64,000 nucleotides of DNA from Perkinsus chesapeaki ATCC PRA-425 (Eukaryota; Protista; Perkinsozoa), in assembly GCA_013115145.1 (NCBI GenBank), contig JAAPAO010000091.1, positions 19,300 to 83,299 of the forward strand. Direction: 5' to 3'. Below are positions 10,405 through 25,400 of the stretch, piece by piece (the stretch's first letter is position 1; every line of letters starts with the position of its first letter). A program made the translations under genes and the position numbers. The notes under the pieces are model-generated. The model ran no database searches and was not told the origin of the DNA. It worked only from the letters and a program-made list of their open reading frames with translations.

Positions 10405-13400
10405 ATGGACTGTAGCGTATTGTCCCCCATGCAATCTGACGAGCCTCCGAACGCTACGGAGGCGAAAGTTAGCGAATTCAAAGAAATAGGCGGACAACGA
10501 ACCTTTGTGACGAGGAAGCCGCGTAGGCAGCAGCTGGGTTAGGAAGATTTGAGAATCTCGGTGCTTCTCAGATACTTTACCGTTGCCAGCTTTGGACGGG
10601 GGACGGTCTCCTGAAGGTAAAGTGAGGGATGGAGTATGTGAAGTAGGATTATTGGTGTAGTTGGAAAGCCTAAAAGGAGACAGAGGACGATCCTGTCGGA
10701 GTTGTTGGGACCTAAGGACGCCAGGAAGGTCCGTTCCTATTTGGGAGGTAGGGGTTCGGTTGCATGCATGGCGGTGATTGTGACGGGGCACGCTTGTTCT
10801 AGGACCGACTCGAGAGCTGGACTGGGTACCACCGGCAGCTGTGGCTCAGGTAGGGTTGGCCATACAGGACAATACATAGGCATTCTCAGACCAATGGCCA
10901 GGAACTGCCGTCAATGCGTCCATCACAGCCCATTCGACGGCGAAGCAGCGGGCATGTCACCGTAGGGCAGAGTACACTGGGATTACCAGAGACACCTAGG
11001 AAGCAGACCATTCAGGTAGCCTAAGCCTTATAAAAAACCTTGTGGCAGCTTCCCTTTCAGCTGCGGCCTAAGGTCATTGATAGCTACGTTCATGCTAGTG
11101 GGACGAGACCACGCAAAGTGCTAGTGGAGAGGGTCAGACAGCGACATCTTTCGGAGGACTTGGTGGAGATCCTCAAGTCGAGGCATGGTATCTCATTTGA
11201 GAACGGCAATGTGGATGAAGGTGCATGGTTGCCGCTGGAGCTATTTGATAATACAGAGTATGACGAAAGGGCACCTGAGGAATGGATCGGGCTGGGGTAT
11301 TTCGAGGCGCAGCGACAGAAGCAGCATTTTGCTGCCGAAGGCGAGGACACAAGCGGCCTTCCCAGCTTCCTTGGTCTGGAAGCCCTCGGGCTTTGCACGG
11401 AGGGGAAGGCTGGAAAGTGGCGGGAATGCTGCGTCAATATATATGATTCAACGACTGGCAAATTCGGAGTGACATTTCGTGGCGCGCAAGATTGCTGTGT
11501 ATGGCTTAGTAAACTGAGGGTCATGTTCATAGGAGCTGAGAGTCCATCAAAGCATGCTAGACGAATCGCTGATGCTGTAAATCTCCGGCGCATGGTTGAA
11601 GCTAAGATACGCTACACGGTTTGTCTGGATTGCATGCCTAGAGATAAGCAGCAGGGCCTTGGCGGGGACCAAGTGGGGAGAATTTTACGGCGCGTGACGG
11701 GAAAGGGGAGAAGACGGAGTAGTGCGGATGAAGAAAGGCTGAATAGGATAGTCGATAACGTTAATAATGATGTGGCGAAGGCTGTTAATAGGATGACCAT
11801 GCAGTTGGTCTTGGCTGATTCAATGACAGTTAAAGACGACGCCGAGGACCAAAGTGCGGCGGTGATAGCGTTGAAGCACCTTATTGACAGGCTTGGCGTG
11901 ACTTTGCCACGGATGAAGAGGAGGCTTAGGCTCGACGGTTTCGGCGGTACTTGGAGCCGTCCAGCGCCGGAGTCGGGGCTTGCTGCAGGGATCGAACCTG
12001 GGTGCTTTGATAGAGCCTTTGGCAAGTTCACATTCGAGACCATTTACACTCAACGAGCTGTCATTCGAACTGTGGTGGGAGTGAGGCGACTTTGCTTAGA
12101 GCTGCTCAAATCCCATCCAACGGTTCAACTGCTCCCCATCAACTTGCCCCATAAGCCGTGCAAGATTGAGGCATTCAAGCAGTGGCAAAAGGAGGCTATA
12201 GACAAGACGGCTGCCCGGGTGGCCGAGGACTTCACTGCTAGAATTGTCAAAATGATAAGGGGGAACTTCGAGGGCATCGGGAAGGGTTGGTTTAATATTG
12301 AAGAGACTAATCTGGTGAGGCATTGACGGTGTGCTGCCAACTGGAATGTCACGGTTGTTTTTAGGAAGCATACAATTATGGGAAGTTGAAGAAGGTTATC
12401 ATGCTGGTTAGACTCATGCTACAGGATTGCCTCAGGGACTTAGCAATCAATACTGCTGAGCTATACGTTGAATATATGAAGCGACATGTGCCAGATGAGA
12501 TCAAGATAGAGGTGAGTGTTGGACATCTTAGGACAGAATTAGGACATTAGTCTTCTCCAACAGCAACATTGTGGTTTCGCAAGATTGTTGGTTTTTAAGA
12601 AACTTTGAGTACTATATAAGGATTACCAGTTCACGACAGTCCGGGTAGACGTGTAATCATATTATAACATTATTGTTACCAATAACTGGATACTGAAGGG
12701 GAACGATAGAAATCTGAGGACGCCCACTAATGCCTATTGGTGCTCGTATCAAGAACAGGTTTACTCCCAAGTTTGATGAGGTTAGGCCGCTGCAGTGTAT
12801 ACAGAATCATCTCGTCCTGTGTTGATCTCAGCTTGGGGGGGTGCTTGACAAGTAGTAGAGTGGTTGCTTCCTGTCAGAACCTTCGTACGGTAATTAATAA
12901 GTGGCCCGAGGGAAGCACTCAAGGGGGTCTAGGAGATAAGGCACCAGAGCCTCTCTTTGCTATAGAGATCAAACGAGTGGAAAAGAAAAAGGAAGAACGA
13001 CGGTCAAGTGCCGTGCATGCTACTAATAGGCTGCTAAGGAAGCGTAGCAGCGGCGAGGTCTCCAACAGGGCAGTCGCGTTGCACAACCGGCGATCGTCGG
13101 CCCAAGTAGCTGAGTACGAGTTCGTGTACGGCACGAATCCGGCCTTGTACGTCCAGACGGTCGCTGGTGAAACTATTCTGACGGCATTGAGGGCCATCAG
13201 TGACGTCCCGCACGTGGAGAATGCCACTGTGCCACAGCTGTTCAAAGCTGTAGTGTACAAACAGAAGCTGACGACTCCAAGCCTTGATGAAGAGTTCGTG
13301 GTGAAAGCGAAAGAGCAATTAGAGGAACAGTTGTCAAGCACTGTGCTCAAGGGTTTGGAGGAGTACATTGCGCTGCTGGCACCGTATAGGGAGTTCCTTC

Positions 13401-16400
13401 AAGTCGATCCGGCCAAGTTCGTTACTACGAAATTGGATGATGAGGAAACACCTGCGACTACCGAAGAGATCGAAGCTGATATATTTAGCCGATACGCACT
13501 GCACGATAAGGTTCTCGATGACATTCCGGACTGTGGGGTGCAGATAGGGTGGATAGAGGTCAGGCTTGGAGAGATAAGAAAGATACTTGCCGACAAGCAC
13601 ATACAAATCGCCAAGCTTGAGATAGACCTGCTTCTAAGGAGATACAGATCAGCGTGCGAGTTTATAACGTCGGAGTGCCAAGGGATCACAACGGTCTTGA
13701 GGAAGACTGCGACGTCGGTGGAGCACCTGGCTGAGTTGAGGGACTATGCGCAAAGTCAGCTACCAAGCCTTATGGTTAAGCTCGATGGCGATATAGCGGC
13801 AGCGCTGAGAATCTATGAGGTGCTGGAGAAGTTGAAGATTAAGTTCACTCCCGATGATGCAAATCAGCGATGGCGGATCTTCCGGGCGCCGAAAGATATC
13901 GAGACGGCTCTGGGCCAGGCGCAGGACAGTTGGACATTGACGGAGAAGGGCTTCTCTAAGGAGATGGCCGAAGAGATGGAACTGTTCTTGGAGACTCTGA
14001 ATGATATAGAGGACACCATACTAACATTCTTCCGGTTCACCGATCTAAGCAAATGCAATGAGATCTTCGGCAATGCGCAGTCAGTCAGCGACAGGCTAAA
14101 GGACGCAAGCACGGCAGCCAAGGTGTTCAATCAACGTGAAGTCCTGTTGGGCAACGAGCCTACAGATTACAGTCGAGTGGGAGCCATGACCAAGGAATGG
14201 GAACCATACAGCACTTTCTGGAGGATAGCCCACGATTGGGTGAATGATGAGCCGAAGTGGCGGCATGGCAGGTTCGATAAGATCGATGCCAAGGACATGG
14301 AGAACAAGATTGGTACAGGCGGCAAGCAACTGCATAAAGTGCTGAGACAACTGGGAACGACACCAGAGAACGCTACACTCATTGAAGTTGCTACCGAGGT
14401 TAAACAGCAGCTCGAGGATTTCCAACCTTACGTTCCGATTGTAACGGCGCTGCGGAATCCTGGTATGAGGGAGAGGCATTGGCAAGCTGTAGGTCAGCTA
14501 CTGGCTGGGGAGGGCCAGGAGCCTCTCAAGGTCGGGCCTGACTTTGCCGAGGTGAAATCGGGTGGAACTAGTACCTTCACTTTGGACAGCCTCATTGGTC
14601 TGGGGATGCTCGACGTGGCCGAGAAGGTGGCTGAGGTGGGTGAGAGGAGTGCCAAGGAGTTCAGCATCGAGAATCAACTACGAGCGATGCAGAAGGCGTG
14701 GGAGACGGTGGAGTTCGACTGTAGAGAGACATACAGGAGCACTGGCACTTACATCCTCAAGGGCTCTGAGGAAGCATCTATGCTGCTGGATGAGCATATA
14801 GTCGTCACGCAGGCCATGCAGTTCTCTCTGTACAATAAGCCATTCAAGCAGGAGATAGATGAGTGGGCCGCGAAGCTGTTGTATGTGTCCGAGTGCTTAG
14901 AGGCCTGGCTGAAGGTGGGAGGGATGACGGTGTACTGTGCCGGCTGGATTGATGTTGCTGTTAGGTGCAAAGAGCGTGGATGTATCTCCAGCCTATCTTT
15001 GATTCTCCTGATTTAATGGTACAGTTGCCGAATGAAGGAAAAAAGTTCAAGTCCGTTGACAACACTTGGCGGCAAGTGATGGGTCGAGTATCGAAGGACA
15101 ATAAAGTCATCCATGCATGTTCACAAGACGGCCTGCTGGATAAGTGGGTCCAAGCTATCAAGGACCTAGACTGGGTCCAGAAGGGTTTGGAGGACTACCT
15201 TGAGGTGAAGCGAGGTGAGCTTCCTGTGTTACTGCTCTCGGTTATTTCCAACGTTGTTGTTGTCAGCTGCATTCGCACGATTCTACTTTTTGTCCAACGA
15301 TGAGCTCCTGGAGATACTGTCCCAAACCAAGGACCCGACGAGAGTGCAGCCATTCCTCTGCAAAGTGTTTGAGAACATGTCCAGTTTAACGTTTAATGAG
15401 GACCTAACTGTATCCAGCATGAGCAGTTTGGAAGGGGAGAATATACCATTCGTGGAGCTCCTGTCAACATCAGGCAAAAACGTGGAGCAATGGATGACCG
15501 AGGTAGACACCCGTAGCCTGTAGGGCGGCGGCGGCGGTTTGATGGTGTCGTGATGGCAGGTGGAAGAGGCTATGCGAGAGGCAGTCCGCGCAGCTTTATA
15601 CAATGCTGTATTGAAGTACGTTGAAGTACCTAGAACTGAATGGTGTGTTATCAACCCTGCACAGACGGTGTTGAATGGCAGTCAGGTAGGACCCATTGAG
15701 AACGCTATTATCAGAGTATCGCGTTGTTGCTTGCGGCTCTTGGTGCCACTGGTGTCCTATAACGTCACTTGGTCTTTCTTATCTCACTTTTACTGTGATC
15801 AGATACATTGGACATCTGAGGTTGAAGCGCACATCAACGAGGGTACAGTAAGCTTGTACGCAGAGCAACTCCATCAGCAGCTTATGGACTTGGTGACCCT
15901 CATCCGCGGTGGCATCAGCAAGCTGCAGCGCACTACTGTCGGTGCACTGGTGGTCATCGATGTTCATGCCAAAGATGTGGTAGAGAAGTTACATAATGAA
16001 AACATAACCAATACCTCGGCGTTCGAGTGGATATCTCAATTGAGATATTACTGGAACAAGGATGATACTGGTCGAGAGAACTGCTGGGTTATGATGGTCC
16101 AAACAGACTTCCCTTACGGGTCGGTCGCCGACATTAATTCCGATGAGCAACTAAGAAGAAGTCTCTGTTAGATATGAGTACCTCGGCAACACCTTCCGGT
16201 TGGTCATCACGCCGCTTACTGATATGTGCTATATGACACTAATGGGTGCTCAGAGCCTCAACCTTGGTGGTGCCCCAGCCGGCCCAGCTGGTAGGACTGC
16301 TGGCTTGCACCTTGTCATACTGGCCATCTTAGGTACCGGTAAGACAGAGACCACCAAAGATCTTGCTAAGGCCCTCGCCAAGCAGTGCGTTGTATTTAAC

Positions 16401-19400
16401 TGTTCCCCAGAAATGGACTACATTATGGTCGGCAAGTTCTTTAAAGGCCTCGCATGCTCAGGCGCTTGGTAACGGCGACCCTCGCGGGTCTTCACCTCCT
16501 CCAGCAAATGCTGTCTGTAGGTGCTGTTTCGATGAATTTAACCGTATCTACATCGAAGTGCTGTCGGTCATTGCACAACAGCTGCTGGTTCTGTTCGGTG
16601 CCAAGGCCGAGCTGGCGAGCTACTCTGAATCTAAGGAGTTGGACTTTGAGGGTTCGACTATCAGCATGAGGCCTACATTCAATGTCTTCATTACTATGAA
16701 CCCAGGCTATGCCGGCCGTACTGAGCTGCCTGATAACCTTCAGGTAGGCCAACTGCTGTTGGGGGGGCCAGGCTAGGACCTGTTGACCCAGGCACTGTTC
16801 CGTCCAATGGCCATGATGGTCCCAGACTATGCCTTAATTGGTGAGATCATGTTCTATGCCTACGGTTTCGCGTCGGGTAGAGCACTGGCACAGAAAATGG
16901 TTAGCACCTTCAAGCTGAGTAGTGAACAGTTGTCCAGTCAAGATCATTATGATTACGGTGAGCGCGATCGGTAAAGGATATTTTAATATGGACTTATTGT
17001 TCAAGGTATGCGTGCGGTCAAGTCGACCATCGAGGCAGCTGGCCTGCTGAAGAGGCTCCATCCAGACCAGGACGAGAATCAGATCCTGTTGAGGGCCCTG
17101 AATGATGTTAATGTCCCCAAGTTCCTAAAGGATGACTTACCGCTCTTTGCCAACATCATCACCGATCTCTTTCCAGGTGAGTTGGTGTTATTATCACTTC
17201 GCCCTAGCATAGCCTATTTATTGCAGATACCGATCCACCTGTTGTGGAGTATGGTGAACTGAAGCCGGCATTGGTCACAGCTCTTGAGCATGCCGCAATG
17301 CAATCAACTGATTATGTTATGCTCAAGTGCATTCAACTTTACGATACCCTACAGGTCTGGCATCTCCAGTCTCCGGCTTTCCTATTATGTCGATTGAGCA
17401 GGTCCGACACGGTATGATGCTTGTGGGTCCCACCGGTGGAGGCAAGACTAACACCTACAAGGCACTGCAGGCTGCAATGTCGTCGCTGGCTGATGAGGAA
17501 GAGCCTGAGGCTCCTTACCAAAAGGTCCACTCCCTCCGCCAGCTGCACAAATAGACAGTCTTGGTTGCCATCAGGTCCACACCCACATTATCAACCCAAA
17601 GGCCATCACACAAGCGCAGCTGTATGGTGCCTTCGATGAGATTACTCATGAGTGGAGTGATGGTATAGCTGCTGAGGAACTCAGAATCGCTGTTAGAGAC
17701 ACTTCCCCGGACAAGCACTGGATAATCTTCGATGGTCAGTTACACAGTTCCTATCAGCCCCAGTTTCACAAGCCTCTCGTGTTTAGGTCCTGTGGACGCC
17801 CTTTGGATTGAGAGTATGAACACCGTGTTGGATGACAATAAGAAGCTGTGCCTCGTTTCGGGTGAAATCATCACTCTAACCGCCCAGGTAGCAGCCCCCG
17901 TCCCGCTGCTATGTCCTCCTGCGTCTTGTAGGTCCGAATGATGTTTGAAGTGTCCGATTTGGCAGTAGCATCACCGGCTACAGTCTCCCGATGTGGCATG
18001 GTCTACGTAGAGCCTGAATCACTTGGTATGAATCCTCTTATCGATTCCTGGCTCTCTGGCCTGCCCGAGTCCTTTGCCCAATTCGCGCCCAAGTACAAGG
18101 ACAGGCTCAGCGCCTACTGCCATGACTACATCCAGAATTGCGTCATGTTTGCCAAGAAGCGTCTAAGAGAAATCGTTTTCGTGATGGAGAACTCTCTCTG
18201 TGCTAGCTGTCTGAGATTACTCAACTGTGAATTTGCCCGCCTACGCCCCAATGAGTACGTGAAGCTGGAGAGCCTAAAGGAGCCGGTGAAGGAGCTCGAT
18301 CAGGCCCTTGGTTCGGTGTTCATATTCGCCCTGCTTTGGTCGGTGGGTGCTGCAATTGATGGTCCTGGACGGGAGAGGCTCAGCAGCTTCCTGTGGGCCA
18401 CTTTGTCTGACGATCCAGGCAAGCTGTTGGATGAGCACGACCGAGGTGGGGAGGGCGCAGGCTTCCGTTTGCCTCCGAGTCACTCGAACGATATCAAGCT
18501 GAATGGTGTAGACGAGGGGGACAACCTTTTCGACTATTGCTTCCTTGTGGCCGAGAATCGATGGGTTCCATGGCTTGAGACTATACCCGAGTTTGTTGTG
18601 CCACGTAATGCCAAGTACGAAGATATAGTCGTACCAACTATAGACAGCATTAGATCAACTCATCTACTGAGAACCCTTTCCGAGCATCATCACCACACTT
18701 TATCTTGTGGGCCGACGGGAACAGGGAAATCAGTGAACACGTCGCAGTATCTGCTCAAAGCCGCACCGGATAACTTTCAGCCCGTCTTTGTCAATTTCTC
18801 GGCCCAAACGCACGTGAATCAGTTCCAGGACTTGGTAGACTCTAAAGTGGAGAAGCGGCGCCGAGGAGTCTTTGGCCCACCAGCGGGCAAAAAGATGGTT
18901 CTCTTCGTAGACGACCTGAACATGCCCCAGAAGGAGTTTTACGGCGCCCAGCCGCCTATTGAACTGCTCAGAATGTGGCTCGACCACGGTGGGTGGTATA
19001 ATAGAAAGGAACTTGTATTTAACCAAGTCGTTGATATGATAGTGGTTGGAGCAATGGGCCTCCCCGGAGGAGGCAGGACCTTCATCACGGAGAGGCTGAA
19101 GAGACACTATCATCTTATTGGCTACATCGATCTCAAGGAACGCTCTATCAGCGGCATCTTCAACACTGTTGCTGGTTACTTCTTCAAACCATTTGATGAA
19201 GAAGTACAGACGCTCGTACCCAAGATGGTTAGCGGCATAATCGATGTAACCACTTAAAACGACGTTGATTTAAGGAAGCATGCATCACGTTCAGATTTTC
19301 CACAAGATTGGCGACACGCTGCTGCCCACTCCAGCTAAGAGCCATTACACCTTCAACCTCAGAGATATCTGGAAGGTCTTCCTCGGTATATGCGGGCTGT

Positions 19401-22400
19401 CCAAACAGAAGGGGAACACGGCGATGATGGCTACTCGGTAGGTTGTTTATAAGCTCATAGCAGTCTAGCTTAGCTGTGCTGCTGGTTAGATGCTGGGTGC
19501 ATGAAATTAACAGAGTCTTTGGTGACCGACTGGTTGATAATAAGGATCGGTCTTGGCTCGAAGAGCAGGAGAAGGAGAAGGTAGATGTGTATACATTTCA
19601 TCATTCTTTGTTTTGTGCCTTAATAAATCAACCTTGCATTTATATTGTTATATTATATAGCAGTACATTGCCGATATATCTCCTGGGCAATGGTGCCTAA
19701 TACTAGACTGTTGTCTTTCCTCAGCTTCGGGAGTACTTCGGTGTCGACCCTGAGGAAGTGCTCAACGCTGATAGGCTTGTCTTTGGCCGCTTTATGGACG
19801 TGGGCGCGGATGTTCAACACTACGTGGAGATATCTGATATGGAACGAATGAAGCAGGTGGGTCTCGGTAAAGGCGACCGGTTAAGGTTATCCGAAGCTTC
19901 AGGTGATCGAAGCGTACTTGGAAGAATACAACAGTACAGCCACCCACAGGATGCCTCTTGTCATGTTCCTCGATGCCTGTGAACATGTGTCAAGGATCAG
20001 CAGAATCCTTGACCAGCCCAGAGCGAACGCTCTCCTACTTGGTGTTGGCGGATCTGGAAGGCAGTCTCTGACCAGGCTGTCCAGCTTTATATGTGACTAT
20101 GAGTGTTATCAAATAGAAGTGGCTAAAGGATATGGGATGAATGAGTTCAAGGAGGACGTTAAGACTTGCCTTATGAAATGTGGTGTTGAGGACAAGGTCC
20201 AAGTATTCCTGTTCTGCGACACTCAGATCATATCTGAGCAAATGGTCGAAGCCATCAACAACGTCCTAAACAGCGGCGACGTTCCCAATCTCTACAAGGC
20301 TGAGGACCTCGATGTCATCGCCTCGGGTTGCCGTACAGTATGCCAACAGCAAGGACTTCAACCTACTAAGGCTAACATCTTTGCTGCCTACCTCTCCAGA
20401 GTCCAGAAGAACGTCCATGTTGTCTTGGCATTCTCCCCAGTGGGCGATGCCTTCAGGACGAGACTGCGTATGTTCCCATCTCTGGTTAACTGCTGTACAA
20501 TAGACTGGTTTGCCGAATGGCCCGCTGAAGCGCTTTACTCGGTGGCCCAACAGGAGATCGTTGGAGGAGGCGTACAGCTTCCTAATGTCGAGGGTGTCCT
20601 CAACGGGTTCAAGTTCGTGCACCAAAGCGTAGAAAGTGAAGCTAAGAAGTTCTTTGAAGTCCTTAAGAGGAAGGTCTATGTTACACCGACAAGCTTCCTG
20701 GAATTGCTGGGCTCATTCAAGACGATCCTGGCGGAGAAAAGGAAGGAGGTTGGCCTCCTGCAACACAGGTCACTTCAGGCAGCCAAGTGAAGTCCATGAG
20801 CTGCATTCCTACCGTCTTTAGGTATCAAGTGGGTCTTGATAAGATATCGGGGGCTGAGGAGCAAGTGGCCAAGCTGCAAGATGACTTGGTGGCGATGAAG
20901 CCGGTATTGGAACAGACGTCCAAAGAGGTAAGTTGCAGCTTGGTCTATTAAAAGATGCCCCCTTTGTAGGTTGCTGAGATGATGGTCGTGATTGAGGCAG
21001 ATAAGAAGGATGCAGCAGTTACGCAGGAGGCAGTGGCGAAAGAGGAGAGCGAGGCCTTTACGAAGAAGGAGATAACGCAAACTATCAAGGACGATGCTCA
21101 GAGGGATCTTGATGAGGCTATACCAGCGCTGGAGGAGGCTGTCAGGTCCGTCCTGTGCCCATAGGGAAAGTGATTAATTGCTAGCCTGGTAGATGCCTAT
21201 CGAAGCTGAAGGCCGAGCATGTCAGAGAAGTGAAGGCCATGACCAATCCACCGTCAGGTGATTCATGCTCCTTCTTTTGCAGCAAACGATGGTTGTTGGT
21301 CAGGAGTAAAGCTGACGATGGAAGCTGTGTGCATTATGTTCTCGATCAAGCCTGTCAGGAAGAACGATCCTAACAAGCTGGGCGCGAAAATAGATGATTA
21401 CTGGGAAAGCGCCCAGAAGGAGCTTTTGCAGGTTCGGCGATTTGGAATTGCGCTGCTTGACACAGTTTTGAAGTTAGGATCCGAAAAAGCTATTGGACTC
21501 TCTCATGCACTATGACAAAGAGAACATACCCGACGCCGTTATTGAGAAGATCACCCCTTATATTGAAAGGGAAGACTTTGATCCTCAAGCCATCAAGAAG
21601 GCCAGTGTAGCCTGCGAGGCCATCTGTATGTGGGCCAGGGCAATGTTCAAGTAAAGCTGCTTGTCCTTTCTGTGGTGCATTCAAGGCCATCTGTTGACAA
21701 GGTACAACACTGTGTCCAAAGCTGTGGAACCGAAGCGCGTCAAGTTGAGAGAGGCAGAAGAGGAGCTGAAGGTCACCATGGAGAGACTGGACGAGGCTCA
21801 GGAGAAGCTCGCCCAGGTGAGCAAATGAATTGAAATGAGGTAAGACAGGTGTGCCGTAGGTTAACGCTAGAATAGCGAAACTGGAAGCTGACTATAGCGC
21901 GGCTGTAGAGAAACAGCAACAGCTCCAGCATGACAGCCATATGTGAGCTATCCTTTTTTCAGTAAATTACTCTACCGTAGGTGCGAGGTTAAGCTGGAGA
22001 GGGCACACAAGCTCATTGGTGGCTTGGGCGGGGAGAAGTCTCGATGGAGAGACAACGTTAAGAATCTTACTCGCTCGCTAGACTTGCTGCCAGGGGACTG
22101 CCTTGTTGCAGCTAGTGGTGTCAGCTACCTCGGTCCTTTCACCAATGAATATCGTTTGGAATGCGAAGCCTCTTGGCGCCAAGAGATGTCTGCTCGTGAA
22201 GTCGAGTACACAGAGAACTGTTCGCTCCGCTCCGCCCTCGGGGAGCCTGTGAAGATCGAGCAATGGGTCGTCTGTGGCCTACCCAACGATTCTTTGTCCA
22301 TTGGCAACGGCATAATCCTCGACAAGGCTAGAAGGTGGCCGCTGATGATAGACCCACAGCGACAAGCTAATAAATTCATCAAGACCATGGGCAACAGTAT

Positions 22401-25400
22401 CGATAACGGTATGGACATCTGTAAGCTGTCGGACGCTAACCTACTACGAACGATGGAGCTGGCCATTCAATTTGGGAAATGGGTTATTCTGGAGAACATA
22501 GGAGAGGAGCTCGATCCTGCTTTGGAGCCAATATTGCTGCAGCAGAAGAGTAAGGATGGTAGCGGTTACATTATAAGACTCGGCGATAAGAACGTACCTT
22601 ACAACGACACCTTCCGCCTCTTTATGACCACGACTCTGCCGAATCCTCACTACTCCCCCGAGAACAGCGTTAAAGTAACATTGTTGAACTTCGCGATTAC
22701 ACCGGAAGGGCTAGAGGACCAAATGCTTGGTATTGTGGTGTCAAAGGAAAGGCCCGAGCTGGAAGCGCAGAAGTCACAGTTGGTCCAACAGAATGCCAAG
22801 ATGAACGCACAGTTGAAGGGTATCGAAGATGAGATCTTGAGGCTTCTAGCTACCAGTGAAGGGGACGTCTTGGAGGATGATACATTAATCAACGCTATAG
22901 CTCAGTCTAAGGCCACAGCTACTGAGATCCAAGAGAAGCAAGCTGAGGCTGCCGTGACGGAGAAGAACATCGACGAGGCTCGTGAGAGCTACAGATGCGT
23001 CGCCTATCGTAGCAGTCTAATATTCTTCTGTATTGTCGGCCTCACCAACATCGATCCGATGTACCAGTATTCCCTACGGTGGTTCCAGCAGTTGTTCTCC
23101 TTGGGTATTGATCAAGCGCCTAAGCCTGCCAATGCCTTGGACTTGGGCTCCAGGCTGGAAAGTCTTATCGATTACAACACCTACATTTTCTATCAAAACG
23201 TGTGCCGTGGTCTTTTTGAGAAAGACAAGCTCATGTTTTCCTTTGCATTATGCATAAAGCTGATGCAAGGCGACAACCGTGTGCCTCCGAACGAGCTCAG
23301 ATTCTTGCTTACTGGTCCGACGGAGGATTTAGTCGAGAGCGGTCCGCCGATCCCAGCTGACTGGATTTCTAGACCAAGCTGGAACGAGATCCTCGGCCTC
23401 GAGGCGCACGTCCCCGAGTGCACTGGCCTCTCCAAAAATATAACAGAGAATCCGGGAGAGTTCAGGAAGATCTATGACACGACAGACGCCCACAGCATGG
23501 CCTTACCCGATCCCTGGGAAACCTCTTTGTCACCCCTGCAGAAGCTGTGCTTCCTTCGGACGCTCAGGCTTGACGAAGTCATTCCTGGTGTGGTGAGTTT
23601 CGTGGCGAAGGAGCTCGGACAGCGATTTGTTGAGCCACCGACTTTCGATATCGCTAAGTCGTTCGCTGACTCGACCAATATGAACCCGCTCATCTTCATC
23701 CTGTCTAGTGGTAGCGATCCTACCAGTGAGGTCCTTGCATTCGCCGAATCAATGCATATGTCCAAGAAGATGGAGGCGATATCCTTAGGTCAGGGTCAGG
23801 GCCCGAAAGCGGCCAAGATGATACATCACGCCTCTGGCAACGGGGGATGGGTCCTCTTACAGAACTGCCATTTGGCAGCAAGCTGGATGAGCACCCTAGA
23901 GAAAATATGTGAGCACCTGTCGCCGGAAACGACGGACAGCAACTACCGATTGTGGCTGACGTCCATGCCGTCGAAGGCCTTCCCGGTAATGGTCCTGCAA
24001 AGTGGTGTGAAGATGACTAACGAGCCGCCTAAGGGTCTCAGGGCCAACCTGCTCAGAAGCTATGCGCAGATGAATGACAATATATGGGAAGACAGCTCCA
24101 AGCCGGAGGTCTTCAGGAAGCTGCTCTTCGGTTTCTGCTTCTTCCACGCAGTTGTCCAAGATCGACGCAAGTTCGGCCCTATAGGCTGGAACATCCCCTA
24201 CGGTTTCACGAATGAAGATTTGGCAGTTTGCCGCCGTCAGCTTATGGTGTTCATTAACCAGTACGATGAAGTCCCCTATAAAGTCCTCAACTATCTCGGA
24301 GCGCAGATCAACTATGGGGGTCGTGTTACGGACGATAAGGACAAGCGTTTGATCAATTGTATTCTCACCACATATTGCTGCGAAAGCCTCGTAACCAACG
24401 GAAGCGAGTACAGATTCTCCGAGTCGGGGACGTACTACTGCCCGGAGCAAGCTGTCTATATGGATGACTTCATGAAATATATCCTCACGCTGCCGCTTAA
24501 TCCATCACCAGAAGCTTTCGGCATGCACGAGAACTGCAATATAACATGTGCTCAGACGGAGGCAGAGACCCTTCTCGCAGGTGGGCTACACAGGATTCAC
24601 TCGGTTATTCGGTGTTGTTTTTCCAGGTATGATAGAGATGGCGCCCTCTGGTGCCGGGGAGGGAGGAGGGAAGACCGTTGAGGAGATGATTGATGAAACG
24701 GCGGCGCAGATCCAGGACAAGACACCAACGCTTATCGACTTCGATCTTGTAGATGAACGATATCCTACCAAGTAGGAACGAGACGCCATTAAACGCATTC
24801 CACTTTTGCGAGTGGCGGCCAGCAACTCTTGCCGCCGCTGCTCTGCTTAGTGGGGCTTGTTGGCTGGTATACGTGGATTTATAACGGCACTTCCTTTCTA
24901 GGTACGAGGAATCGCTGAACACTGTCCTAAAGCAGGAAGTGTTACGATACAACCGATTAATTGAAATTATGCAGTCTAGCCTAAAGGAGCTACGGAAAGC
25001 CCTCAAGGGTCTAGTGGCGATGAGCGCCGAGCTGGAAGTTGCAAGCCATCAGCTATTTGCTAATACGGTAGTTATTCCTATTCAACCTTCCCTCAATTAT
25101 GTGCTAGGTTCCGGACATGTGGGCAGAGCTCGGCTTCTTGTCGATGAAGCCCCTCAGCAGCTGGATCAATGATTTGGTGGATAGGATAGCCTTCTTGAAT
25201 CAATGGATCGAGAACGGCACACCGAAGGCTTTCTGGATGAGCGGCTTGTACGTAGAGAAGCACTGCCTATTCTTTTCTCGCGCGTTGATTGCGAATAGGT
25301 TGAATAGGCTCTACGTCCTTCCCATTTCTGGAGCTGTCTTCCACTTTAGATTCTTTCCCCAAGCATTCCTAACTGGGTGTTTACAGAATTACGCTAGGAA

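Noticed and set aside
11090-24450. Numerous antisense and alternate-frame ORFs over dynein exons
   Set aside because: Shadow ORFs of long coding exons with no independent motifs.
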